The notes beneath the pieces are model-generated. The model was not told the DNA's origin, made no database searches, and saw nothing but the letters and a program-made list of their open reading frames with translations. From assembly GCA_900553125.1 (NCBI GenBank), contig USCB01000003.1, forward strand, positions 17,808-81,807: a stretch of DNA of 64,000 nt, given 5' to 3'. This stretch comes from an uncultured Clostridium sp. GTDB taxonomy: Bacteria > Bacillota > Clostridia > TANB77 > CAG-508. Shown here piece after piece: positions 29,727-39,959 of this stretch (positions are counted from its first letter, which is position 1; each line of letters opens with the position of its first letter). The translations under genes and the position numbers were made by a program.

Positions 29727-29953
29727 ATGTATACCTCCATTTAAAATTTTTTATGATACTTAGATATTATATGACCGTTTGATGGTTATGTCAATCTGTT
29801 TGGCTTAAAATTTGCAATTTTTTATAAACAGTTCAAACCGTATCATCAGTAACTTTTTTTATTATGAACTGCAGAACTAGTTACCATAATCTTGAAGGAT
29901 ATGGTAAAATATGTTATAATTTAGATTGAGTGTTAATATTAAGGAGGAAAATA

Positions 29954-31867
29954 ATGAGAGTAAAAGGAAAAAATGGAACTTCAATTGAAATAATAACTCA
30001 GAAGATAAAAAGAGAATTAAGAAAAGAATATCCAACAATAGGAAAACATGATAAAAAAGATAAAGTAAGAAATAGATTTAAATCCGGAAGTTTAACTGTA
30101 AAAGATTGGAATAATATTGAAGTAGGAATGAGATTTATTAGAGATATTATAATGGGCAAATTTAACACTGCAAAATTAAAACAGTCAGCAGGAATGGAAG
30201 ATATAAGCAAATTACAGTTTATAGTTAGTGAATATGAAACATTAAGTAATAAATTTTTTAATAAAATAATATCAAGTATAAGATTAGAAAAAAATTTACA
30301 AGAAAAAATTCAAAATCTTTCAGATTATTCTCAAATTGCACAAGCTGCACGTGATGGAATTATACTAAAAAAAGAAGTCAGAGATGAAAAAATAGATGGA
30401 AAAATAGAAAAAGTTGAATATGATACAGTCATGACACCAAATGAGGTAATTTGGACATTAAAGAAATATCAAAGAATGTTAGACCAAGTTTATGCTGATA
30501 GATTTGATAATTATTTAGGATTAGGCTTAGCAATATCAGGAATTTTAGGAGTAGCTGTAGGAGGAGAAAAGAATGATTTCAAGAAAAATGTACCTTTTAT
30601 AACTTTAGAAATAGCTAGTCAGGCTGGTAAGGAAGTGTTAAGAGAAATAATATCAAAGAAAATGGGAGAAACGCAAAAAGATGAAATAGCATGGAATTTA
30701 AATAAACAGCAAAAAAATTTGGAAAACGACCTACTGGAAAATGAACAAGTTAGTAGTAGTGCAGAAAAAATATCTATCGGGGAGATTAAAAGAAGTGCAA
30801 AAGCAGAAAAAAGGGTTTTGAGTGAAAAAGAAAATTATGAATTAATCTTTTCAATTATGTCAGATTCAATTTCAGCAATAATGACAGGAGCATATGTTGG
30901 AAATAATGTAAAGATTAAGGAAAATGGTAAAATTGATGGAAAGTCATTAGCAAGTGTAATTGTATCTTTAAGAGAAAATAAAAAAATAGCTAATACTATA
31001 TATTTCAAGTCAAGAAGATTAGTGAAAAATAATAAAAGAGAAGAAGGTTTTGAATCAGTGTGTGAAGATGTTCTTAATATAATTTCTCAAATGGAAGAAA
31101 AAGTTTATCCATTAGAGGGAGCTAAAAATTCATTTGATTCATTAGAGATAAAAGATTTAGATGCAAGTTTTTATCCTAAAAAAGATTATAAAACAGGGGA
31201 AATAAAATTTTCAACCAATATAAAAATACCAGAATTTAGTATGAAAAGAGGAGATGTAGTATTACTATCAGGAGCATCTGGAGCTGGAAAAAGTACATTT
31301 TTAAGATTACTAAAAAGAGGAGATATAAATAATAGAAATGCGATAAAATTGAGTACTGGTGAGAGAGTTGATAATTTAGGAACTGAATTTATTTCATTTA
31401 GACCTAGTATGGATTTAGGAAGTGAAACTACAGTTTTACACCAAATTACAGGAAAAAGAAATATTTCTGATTTGAATAAAAATGAGAGAAAGAAATTGAT
31501 ACATATTATGAATGAATTACATTTAGATTTTCCTGATTTGATGGAACAACTTGCCACAAGAAAATTTGCGGAGTTTTCAACAGGACAACAAAGAAGATTG
31601 ATTCTTTCAAAAATGTTTTATAGAATTGATGATGGTGCATCAGTAATAATTGTTGATGAACCTGTTGGAAATGTTGAGGATAAATTAATAAAGGAACAGT
31701 TGGAAATGATAAAAAGATATGCGTTAAGAAAAAATGTTATGCTTTTACTCACAACACATAGATTGGATTTGGCTGAAAAGTTGTCAACTAAAAGATATCA
31801 TATTAATGAAAATGGTGTTATGGAACAGATGGAAATAAAAAGCAAAGAGAAAGAATATAATTTTTGA
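29954..31867 (+). CDS. Atypical ABC-type ATPase with a long non-canonical N-terminal region
   Basis: C-terminal Walker A (SGASGAGKST), signature FSTGQQRR and Walker B (IIVDEP). The about 430-aa N-terminal part has only about 2 hydrophobic segments. RBS aaggagga before ATG 29954. Confidence 0.7.
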   Translation: MRVKGKNGTSIEIITQKIKRELRKEYPTIGKHDKKDKVRNRFKSGSLTVKDWNNIEVGMRFIRDIIMGKFNTAKLKQSAGMEDISKLQFIVSEYETLSNKFFNKIISSIRLEKNLQEKIQNLSDYSQIAQAARDGIILKKEVRDEKIDGKIEKVEYDTVMTPNEVIWTLKKYQRMLDQVYADRFDNYLGLGLAISGILGVAVGGEKNDFKKNVPFITLEIASQAGKEVLREIISKKMGETQKDEIAWNLNKQQKNLENDLLENEQVSSSAEKISIGEIKRSAKAEKRVLSEKENYELIFSIMSDSISAIMTGAYVGNNVKIKENGKIDGKSLASVIVSLRENKKIANTIYFKSRRLVKNNKREEGFESVCEDVLNIISQMEEKVYPLEGAKNSFDSLEIKDLDASFYPKKDYKTGEIKFSTNIKIPEFSMKRGDVVLLSGASGAGKSTFLRLLKRGDINNRNAIKLSTGERVDNLGTEFISFRPSMDLGSETTVLHQITGKRNISDLNKNERKKLIHIMNELHLDFPDLMEQLATRKFAEFSTGQQRRLILSKMFYRIDDGASVIIVDEPVGNVEDKLIKEQLEMIKRYALRKNVMLLLTTHRLDLAEKLSTKRYHINENGVMEQMEIKSKEKEYNF

Positions 31868-31908
31868 TTTGGGACGGTTCCTTTTCCGAAAAGGAACCGT
31901 CCCAAATC
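31866..31908. repeat. GC-rich palindromic element, copy c
   Basis: GATTTGGGACGGTTCCTTTT-ccg-AAAAGGAACCGTCCCAAATC, a perfect 20-bp stem overlapping the ABC gene stop. Confidence 0.85.
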
Positions 31909-31985
31909 GAAAATTGTTCTTGAAAAATCTGAAAATTTAATATAAAATACAATATAAATAAAAAAAACACAAGAAAGGGAAAAAA

Positions 31986-34900
31986 ATGTACTTAAAAAGA
32001 TTAGAATTACAAGGTTTTAAATCATTCGCAGATAAAACAATACTAGAATTTATGCCAGGAATAACAAGTGTAATAGGTCCAAATGGTTCAGGAAAAAGCA
32101 ATATAGCAGATGCAATTAGATGGGTGCTTGGAGAGCAAAGTATGAAAGAACTTCGTGGTGGAAAGTCGGTAGATATAATATTTGCGGGAACACAAAATAG
32201 AAAATCATTAGGATTTGCAGAGGCATCACTAGTATTTGATAATCAAAATGGCAAACTTCCAATTGAATATAAAGAAGTAACGGTTACAAGAAAACTATAT
32301 AGAAGTGGAGAAACAGGATATTACATTAATAAAACACAATGCAGGTTAAAAGATATTTTGGAATTATTTATGGATACCGGAATAGGGAAAGATGGCTATT
32401 CAATAATTGGTCAAGGGGAAATTGATGAGATATTAAGCAATAAATCTGAAGATAGGAGAAATGTATTTGAAGAAGCGGCTGGAATTGTAAAATTTAAAAC
32501 AAGGAAAGAAGAGTCTGAAAAAAAGTTAGAACATACTAAACTAAATGTCCTAAGAATAAATGATATTTTAACAGAAATAGAGGCAAATTTAGAGCCACTA
32601 AAGCAACAATCAGATAAGGCGAAAAGATATTTAGATTTAAAAAATGAGCTTAAAAGTATTGAAGTTGGTTTATTTTTGTATAATATTGAAAAATATAAAG
32701 CAGACTTAGTAAAAATTCAGGACGATATAGAGATTATGCAAAATACATGTAATTTAGAAGAAGGAAAACTGGAAAAAATAAAAATTCTTAAAGAAGAGTT
32801 AAAAGGGCAAATTGATGATTTAACAGAAGAAATTGAAAACACTCAAAACTTAAGATTTACAAGCCAAAAGGATGTTGAAACTTTGACTTCTGAAATTAAT
32901 GTTGCAAAATCAAAAATTGAAAATAATGAGGAAAATAGAAAAAGATTTAGAGAAGAGATAGAAGAAATAAAGACAAAAATTTCTAAAACTGAAGAAGAAA
33001 TGAATTCTAAACTAAGTAAAAAAGAAAGCTTAAAAGAAAACAAAGAAAAATATGAAAAAGAGCTTGCAGAAAAACAAAATGAATTAGAGAAAATAAATAA
33101 GACATTGTCAGAAAAGGAACTAGAAATCGAAAATGATAAGAGAAAACTTGAAGAAAATACGGATTTAAAATATGAAATAGAAGGAAGTATTAATGAGCAA
33201 AAAGCAAATATTTCAAATATAGAAAAAAGGAAAGTTCAACTTCAAAATGATATACAAAATAGCATATCAGAATTAGATAATACTAGATTTTCTAAGGAAG
33301 AGATTGAAAAAGGATTTTTTGAAATTCAGAAGGAAAAAAATAATATATCAAAAGAACTTCAAGATATAATAACGGCAAAAAGTAAGGCAGAAGAACAAAT
33401 AAAATTAATTGATATAAAGATAAATAATAGTATACAAGAATTAAATTTCAAAGAATCAAAACACAAATTTTTAGTAGAAACAGAAAAAGAAAAAGATGGA
33501 TATCAAAAAAGTGTAAAAGCTTTACTTCAAGAATGTGAAAAAACAAAAGAGCTAGGAAAAGGTGTAAAAGGAGCATTAGCAGAACTTATTGATGTGCCAC
33601 AAAACTTAGAAACAGCAATAGAAATGGCATTAGGTGCAAGTCTTCAAAATATAGTAACAGAAAATGAGCAAGATGCAAAAAGATTGATTGAGCATTTGAG
33701 AAAAAATAATTTAGGAAGAGCGTCATTTTTACCAATTTCAAACATTCAAGGAAAAAGACCTGAAAAGATAAGGGGTAATCTTCAGGGAGTTTTAGGTTTT
33801 GCAGCAGACCTAATAAAATATGATAAAAAATATGAACAAATAATTTTAAATTTGCTTGGTAGAACTGTAATTGTAGAAAATATGGATACAGCAATAAGAA
33901 TGTCCAAAGAAAATGGTCATAGCTTTAAAATAGTAACAATAGATGGTGATATTATAAGCACAACAGGTTCTATGACTGGTGGTTCTGTTAATAAAAAGAC
34001 TGTTAAGATTTTAGGTAGAAGTAAAGAAATTGACGCAATAGCAAATCAAATTGAAAATATCAAGAAAATGCAAGAAGATTTGAAAAAACAAAAAGATGAT
34101 ATTATAAATTCGAATAAGCAAGTACTTGAAAATGCTGAAAAATTAGAAAATGCACTTCAAACAATTGAAATAAAATACAATGTTGAAAATCAAAAATTGA
34201 ATACAGTTAAGGAAAATATTCAAAGAATATCAAATCATTTAGAAAAATTAAGAAAAGAAAAGGCAGAATTAGAAAGTCAAAAAGAGGAATATTTAAAGAC
34301 TATTGAAGAGAAAAATAATAAAAAATCACAAATTGATAGTGAAAATGAAGAAATGAAGGCTAAAATAAATGAATATTCTACTTTAAATAAGGATACAGCT
34401 AAAAAAGTAGATGATTTAAATTTTGATATAACAAATTTAAAAATATCTGTATCATCATTTAATGAAAGTGAAAGTTCAATTGACGAAATGGCTGGGATGC
34501 TTAAAAATGAAATAGAAAACCAGAATAAAAGTATTGAAAATAAGGAAAGTCAAATTGAAAAAATCAATAGTGAGCAAAAAGAACTTGAAAATAAAATAAA
34601 TGAAACCAATTTAAAAATAGAAGAATTAAAGGCTAAAACACTATCAAGTGATGAAGATATTGAAAAAATGAAAAAAGAAAGACAATCTGCAAATGAAAAA
34701 TTGTCTTTAAAAGAAAAAGAAGAGGTTGATGAATTTAAGGTAATAGAGGACTTAAAAGGTCAGATTGTAAAAATTGAGGTTAAGAAATCTAAGATAGATG
34801 ATGATTTAAATGAAACAATTACATCTCTATGGAATGAATATGAGCTTACTCCAAATGGGGTAGAGGGCTACGAAAAGCCAGCAAATATCGCAGTTACAAC

Positions 34901-35537
34901 AAGAAGAGTTAATAATTTGAAACAAGATATTAGAGAACTTGGAAGTGTAAATGTTGATTCTATTGAAGAATATAAAAACCAAAAACAGAGATATGACTTT
35001 ATGTGTGAACAACGTTTAGATTTGGAAAATACAATGACAAAATTAAGGGATATGATTAGTCAAATAACTGATAGTATGAAGGTTAGATTTAAAGAAAAGA
35101 TGAAAATTATAAACGAAAACTTTGGTCAAACTTTTAAAGAACTATTTGGTGGAGGAGAGGCTAGAATTAAGTTAGAAGATGAAACCAATATTTTAGAATG
35201 TGGAATAGATATAGAAGCTCAGCCACCAGGAAAGAAACTCCAAAGTATGGGGTTACTTTCAGGTGGAGAAAGAGCATTTACTGCAATTGCATTACTCTTT
35301 GCAATTTTAAAGATGAACCCAGCTCCATTTTGTGTGCTTGATGAGATTGAGGCAGCTCTTGATGATGTTAATGTTAATAGATATGCTGAATTTTTAAAGA
35401 AGTTTGCAGTTGGTACTCAATTTTTAGTTATTACTCATAGAAAAGGTACAATGGAGGCAGCTGATACTGTTTATGGCGTAACTATGGAAGAAAAAGGTAT
35501 TTCTAAGTTACTTTCTATGAAGTTGAGTAAACATTAA
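31986..35537 (+). CDS. smc: Chromosome segregation protein SMC
   Basis: N-terminal GPNGSGKSNI Walker A, long coiled coils, a hinge, and C-terminal LSGGE...VLDEIEAALD. Confidence 0.97.
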   Translation: MYLKRLELQGFKSFADKTILEFMPGITSVIGPNGSGKSNIADAIRWVLGEQSMKELRGGKSVDIIFAGTQNRKSLGFAEASLVFDNQNGKLPIEYKEVTVTRKLYRSGETGYYINKTQCRLKDILELFMDTGIGKDGYSIIGQGEIDEILSNKSEDRRNVFEEAAGIVKFKTRKEESEKKLEHTKLNVLRINDILTEIEANLEPLKQQSDKAKRYLDLKNELKSIEVGLFLYNIEKYKADLVKIQDDIEIMQNTCNLEEGKLEKIKILKEELKGQIDDLTEEIENTQNLRFTSQKDVETLTSEINVAKSKIENNEENRKRFREEIEEIKTKISKTEEEMNSKLSKKESLKENKEKYEKELAEKQNELEKINKTLSEKELEIENDKRKLEENTDLKYEIEGSINEQKANISNIEKRKVQLQNDIQNSISELDNTRFSKEEIEKGFFEIQKEKNNISKELQDIITAKSKAEEQIKLIDIKINNSIQELNFKESKHKFLVETEKEKDGYQKSVKALLQECEKTKELGKGVKGALAELIDVPQNLETAIEMALGASLQNIVTENEQDAKRLIEHLRKNNLGRASFLPISNIQGKRPEKIRGNLQGVLGFAADLIKYDKKYEQIILNLLGRTVIVENMDTAIRMSKENGHSFKIVTIDGDIISTTGSMTGGSVNKKTVKILGRSKEIDAIANQIENIKKMQEDLKKQKDDIINSNKQVLENAEKLENALQTIEIKYNVENQKLNTVKENIQRISNHLEKLRKEKAELESQKEEYLKTIEEKNNKKSQIDSENEEMKAKINEYSTLNKDTAKKVDDLNFDITNLKISVSSFNESESSIDEMAGMLKNEIENQNKSIENKESQIEKINSEQKELENKINETNLKIEELKAKTLSSDEDIEKMKKERQSANEKLSLKEKEEVDEFKVIEDLKGQIVKIEVKKSKIDDDLNETITSLWNEYELTPNGVEGYEKPANIAVTTRRVNNLKQDIRELGSVNVDSIEEYKNQKQRYDFMCEQRLDLENTMTKLRDMISQITDSMKVRFKEKMKIINENFGQTFKELFGGGEARIKLEDETNILECGIDIEAQPPGKKLQSMGLLSGGERAFTAIALLFAILKMNPAPFCVLDEIEAALDDVNVNRYAEFLKKFAVGTQFLVITHRKGTMEAADTVYGVTMEEKGISKLLSMKLSKH

Positions 35538-35628
35538 AAATTAAAATTGCTAAATTTAAATTTGAATATGTATAAATTTGGAAAAGATGGTAAGAATTTT
35601 AATATAACAATTTTTAAGGAGAAAGTTT

Positions 35629-35952
35629 ATGGAAAAGTGTAAAATGAAGAATGTTGTTGTATTGAAAAATTTGCCATCTAATTTAATTGAAGAGGCGTTT
35701 GTTGTTGTTAAATCTAGAAAAGTTGCAAAAAGTTTGGAATGTATAGATGGAAAAAATAAAAAGTTTGAAAAAGATTGTAAAGATGATGGATATATTGTAA
35801 GAGAGGCAGAAAGTGTGCTTGCGAGTTTTGTTAGTTTAGTTGAGAAAAAGGAATCAAAGAAAATAGATGTACCATTAAAGAAAAGGTATAATGTGCTTAA
35901 ATTTTATTCGATATTGGTTACAATTGTTTTTGTAGCATCAATTGTTTTTTAG
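35629..35952 (+). CDS. Hypothetical protein with a C-terminal TM helix
   Basis: 107-aa ORF with RBS aaggaga 7 nt upstream. A hairpin terminator follows. Confidence 0.4.
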   Translation: MEKCKMKNVVVLKNLPSNLIEEAFVVVKSRKVAKSLECIDGKNKKFEKDCKDDGYIVREAESVLASFVSLVEKKESKKIDVPLKKRYNVLKFYSILVTIVFVASIVF

Positions 35953-36225
35953 GAATTAAAAAGGGACATGTTAATGTATTTTACAATTAACATGCCCTTT
36001 TGTAGTTAATATTTTACTAGAAACATAAGTTTCTCCCTTTTAAATTTACTATATGTCAAATCCCCAAAAGGAGATATTGCTTTAGCGTTTAGCTAGGAGT
36101 TTCTATTAGTATAACATAAATTTAGTATTATGTTACGAATTTTAGGTAACAAAAATCAACCAGATGTTATTTTCTGATTGATTTTTGTATCTATCTGTTC
36201 AATTTAGTTCGAACATATACGTCAT

Positions 36226-36308
36226 TGGTGCTGATGGTGGGACTCGAACCCACATGGTTACCCGCTGGATTTTGAGTCCAGTGCGTCTGCCAGTTCCGCC
36301 ACATCAGC
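36226..36308 (-). tRNA. tRNA-Leu (anticodon CAA)
   Basis: Reverse complement GCTGATGTGGCGGAACTGGCAGACGCACTGGACTCAAAATCCAGCGGGTAACCATGTGGGTTCGAGTCCCACCATCAGCACCA. Anticodon arm CTGGA-CTCAAAA-TCCAG with a long variable arm. Confidence 0.92.
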
Positions 36309-36434
36309 AATTAATACTTGTATATTCTAGCATAAATTATAAAAAATGTCTACTTTTTTTTAAAAACATCTAAAAAAAGTTGAACAAAAATAAAAAAATG
36401 ATATAATATATAGGAAAAAATAAGGAGTAAAGAT

Positions 36435-37184
36435 ATGTTTTTTGCAAAACCTAATGAATATGAACCATGTGGAATATTTACCACAAAACATTTTATACTA
36501 ATAATACTAACAATAGCAGCAATATCTGTAGCATTAAAGAGAACAGTAAACAAAAGTAAAGAAGAAGTAAGAAAAAAAATAAAAAATCTAACAATATTTA
36601 TATGGATACTAGAATTTGTAAGAATTGGTTTTAATCTATATATTGGAAATGCAAATAATGTAAATGAATATTTGCCATTATATTATTGTAGTTTATTATT
36701 ATATGCAGGACTAATGTCATCATTTGGAAAGGGAAAGATAAAGAGAATAGGTGATGTATTTTTATCAACAGGAGGAATTATTGGAGGAATAGTATTTATA
36801 ATAATGCCAACAACCTCTTTGCCTACATATCCAATGCTACATTTTCTAAGTCTACATAGCTTTTTATATCATGGAATAATGGTATATATTGGACTTCTTA
36901 TGAATGCTACAAATTATATAAATTTAGAATTAAAAGACATTATATATTTTGCTGAATTGGTCGGATCAATTTGTGCGGTTTCACTAGTAATAAATCATAT
37001 ATTTGATAGTAATTTGATGTTTATATCAAAAGATTTTCCAGGGACACCACTTACAATATTATATCATTTAACAGGAAAGTTATTTACGCCTATAATGATA
37101 ATAGCACAAATGACTTTACCATTCTTAGTAGTATATTTTTTAGAAAATGGAAAGACTAGAGTAAAAAATGAAGAATTTAATTAA
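36435..37184 (+). CDS. Integral membrane protein (YwaF/TIGR02206-like)
   Basis: About 7 TM helices and a PLYYCSLLLY motif reminiscent of that family. The family assignment is from memory only. Confidence 0.4.
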   Translation: MFFAKPNEYEPCGIFTTKHFILIILTIAAISVALKRTVNKSKEEVRKKIKNLTIFIWILEFVRIGFNLYIGNANNVNEYLPLYYCSLLLYAGLMSSFGKGKIKRIGDVFLSTGGIIGGIVFIIMPTTSLPTYPMLHFLSLHSFLYHGIMVYIGLLMNATNYINLELKDIIYFAELVGSICAVSLVINHIFDSNLMFISKDFPGTPLTILYHLTGKLFTPIMIIAQMTLPFLVVYFLENGKTRVKNEEFN

Positions 37185-37512
37185 AAAAATAATAAATATC
37201 CACTAGCTAAGCTGGTGGATATTTATTTTATATAATTCAACTTTCCTACAAACTTCTTCTTTTGATAAGTCCATTTTCTTTCTATGTTCAATTAAGAGAT
37301 TTTCAATTATATATTATATTTTTTCAAAAAAATTCCTCGCACTTTGCTTTTTTGTTGATTTTAATACAAATTTTGTGTTACTCCGTAATAGAGCCTAACT
37401 GTATTACTATTTTATTTATTTTTGTAATAAAAAAAAGACTTTACTATTTCTAGTAAAATCATATATATTTTAATTACTTAAAGGGATATCCCTTTAGGTA
37501 AAAACTTTCAAA

Positions 37513-37588
37513 GTGGTTGCGGAGGTAGGACTCGAACCTACGACCTCAGGGTTATGAGCCCTGCGAGCTGCCAACTGCTCCACCCCGC
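37513..37588 (-). tRNA. Initiator tRNA-fMet (anticodon CAT)
   Basis: Reverse complement CGCGGGGTGGAGCAGTTGGCAGCTCGCAGGGCTCATAACCCTGAGG...CTCCGCAACCA. C1-A72 mismatch and three G-C pairs closing the anticodon stem. Confidence 0.92.
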
Positions 37589-37658
37589 GATGTAACAGAT
37601 ATTATTATAAGACTAAACCATAATTTTGTCAAGAGGTTTTTAAAAAATTTCAGAATAA

Positions 37659-37940
37659 AATGTTACTCCCTGTTACAATTCACATAGAAATCCGGAAAAT
37701 GCAGGCATAGCTTTAACATCACGATATCGGTGGAGTATCTATTCTGAATATATAAAAAAAGAGAGAATCATTAATAAAAGAGTGCTGTTAACATGTTTTA
37801 ATAATAATATAGATGATTTTATTAAATTTACGAATAAAGCGGAAGAAATCGATGAAATAATAAATTATGCGAATTTTGAAATTAAATCTCATTTTTCAGA
37901 TGAAGAACTTATGGAAATAATAAAAAAATCTGTAATATAA
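37659..37940 (+). pseudogene. Possible start-less remnant of an accessory gene
   Basis: A 93-codon open frame has no start codon until near its end (..RNPENAGIALTSRYRWSIYSEYIKKERIINK...EELMEIIKKSVI*) and contains an in-frame CGG (37728). Confidence 0.25.
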
Positions 37941-38151
37941 ATGATGTAAAGGAAATTTTTAGTTATTTTAAAATTAAGGAAAAGAGGAAAGTTTTCTTGA
38001 AATTTAAAGATATAAAAGAAGTAACGGTAAGTCAATTGTCAAGGATAACAAGGGTTAATAAAAAATTTACAAAAAAGAGGGAATTATGTAAAATACGTCG
38101 AATAATATATTATGGGAAAATAAAATTGAAAAAAGAAAGAGAGGTTATAAA

Positions 38152-39942
38152 TTGCGTTATAGTGATGAAATACTAAATGAAGTACGAGAAAACAGCGATA
38201 TAGTAGAAGTAATTTCACAATATGTGCATTTAAAAAGAAGTGGAAGAAACTATTTTGGGTTGTGTCCATTTCATAACGAAAAATCTCCATCTTTTTCAGT
38301 ATCTCCAGATAAGCAAATATTTCATTGTTTTGGTTGTGGAGTTGGAGGAAATGTTTTTACTTTTATAAGTAAGATAGAGGGAATAGGTTTTAAAGAGGCA
38401 ATTGAAAATTTGGCAGATAGAGCGGGAATTATTCTTCCAAAATCAACTAATAATGATGAAAGTAAAAAAGAGGAATTAAAAGCAAAAGTTTACAAAGTAA
38501 ATAATTTCACGGCAGATTATTATCATAAGAGGTTATATAAACCAGAATCTAAAGCTGGGCAAGAATATGTTAAACAAAGAAAACTAACAAAGGAAACTTT
38601 AGAAAGTTATAATTTGGGTTTTTCAGGTAATTATGATGAATTATACAAAGTTCTTAGAAAAGAAGGCTTTAATGATGAGGAAATATTAGAATCAGGATTA
38701 GTAAAAAAGAATGAACATGGTCAATATGTAGATTTTTATAGAGATAGATTTATGATACCGATTTTAGATGTTAGAAACAGAGTTATAGCTTTTGGTGGAA
38801 GAGTTTTAGGCGATGCAAAAAGATTTAAATATTTAAATTCACCAGAGAATATTGTATATAGCAAAGGCAAGCATTTATTTGGATTAAATGTAGCAAAAAA
38901 ATATAACCATAAAAAACTATTAATTGTTGAAGGATATATGGATGCAATATCACTACATCAAAGAGGAATAACAAATGTTGTTGCTGCACTGGGTACAGCG
39001 TTAACAACTAATCAAGGGTGGCTTTTAAGAAGGAATGCAGAGCAGGTTATTTTAGGCTTTGATGCAGATGGAGCCGGTCAGAATGCGATAATGAGAGCAA
39101 TGGAAGTTATGCAAAATATGGGATGTGATATGAGGGTACTTCAAATGACAGGAGCAAAAGATCCGGATGAATTTATTATAAAATATGGTTCGGCAAGATT
39201 TCAAAAGCTTATGAATGATGCTATATCTTTATTAGAATTTAGAGTAAAGGTTTTAGAACAAAACTTAGATTTGAATGTTGCAAGTGATAAAATAAAATTC
39301 CTAAATGAAATTGCAAAGTTAATTGCTAAAATTGATAATACAATTGAGAGAGAAATATACATAGAAAAACTTGCAAATGGATATAATATATCCAAAGAGG
39401 CAATTTTTGGACAAGTAAATAAATTACAATATTCTAGTAAGGCTAAAGCAAACAATTTAGAAAAAAATAAGCCGGTGGTTATCCACAAAAAGGAAGAAAA
39501 TGTGGATAAAGGGATTTCGGAAGAACTTATAAAAAGAGAGAATACTATTATATCAATTTTAATAAACAATCCAGAATGTTATAATATCATTAAAGAAAAT
39601 ATGAAAATAGAAGATTTTAAATATAGTCTAAATGTAAAAATTGTAACAGTATTATATCAAGAGCTTGAAAAAGAAGACAGGAATATAAGCCTAGTGTTAG
39701 ATAAATTAGATGATGAGGAAATAAAAAATCATCTTACAGCTATTATGGCAGAAGATTATGGAATTAATGATAATGTAAATAAAGCAATTGAGGATATAAT
39801 AAAGAAATATGAAAAAGAAAAATTAGAAAAAAGACGTGATGAATTAATAAAAATGAGTTCGGAAGAGATAGACCCAGAAAGGAAACGAAGCCTAAGTAAA
39901 GAACTAAATGATATAATTTTAAAATTAGTAAAAATAAAATAG
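38152..39942 (+). CDS. dnaG: DNA primase
   Basis: Zinc ribbon CPFHNEKSPSF.V.....FHCFGCG.GG, a Toprim domain (EGYMD, GFDADGAG). Upstream of rpoD. Confidence 0.96.
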   Translation: MRYSDEILNEVRENSDIVEVISQYVHLKRSGRNYFGLCPFHNEKSPSFSVSPDKQIFHCFGCGVGGNVFTFISKIEGIGFKEAIENLADRAGIILPKSTNNDESKKEELKAKVYKVNNFTADYYHKRLYKPESKAGQEYVKQRKLTKETLESYNLGFSGNYDELYKVLRKEGFNDEEILESGLVKKNEHGQYVDFYRDRFMIPILDVRNRVIAFGGRVLGDAKRFKYLNSPENIVYSKGKHLFGLNVAKKYNHKKLLIVEGYMDAISLHQRGITNVVAALGTALTTNQGWLLRRNAEQVILGFDADGAGQNAIMRAMEVMQNMGCDMRVLQMTGAKDPDEFIIKYGSARFQKLMNDAISLLEFRVKVLEQNLDLNVASDKIKFLNEIAKLIAKIDNTIEREIYIEKLANGYNISKEAIFGQVNKLQYSSKAKANNLEKNKPVVIHKKEENVDKGISEELIKRENTIISILINNPECYNIIKENMKIEDFKYSLNVKIVTVLYQELEKEDRNISLVLDKLDDEEIKNHLTAIMAEDYGINDNVNKAIEDIIKKYEKEKLEKRRDELIKMSSEEIDPERKRSLSKELNDIILKLVKIK

Positions 39943-39959
39943 AAAAATTATAAGAAAGG

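Noticed and set aside
36185-36373. 62-aa ORF on the plus strand.
   Set aside because: It is the antisense of tRNA-Leu(CAA) and its flanks.
37262-37453. 63-aa ORF between the membrane protein gene and tRNA-fMet.
   Set aside because: It is an AT-rich F/I/L-rich frame without an RBS. It is more likely intergenic.
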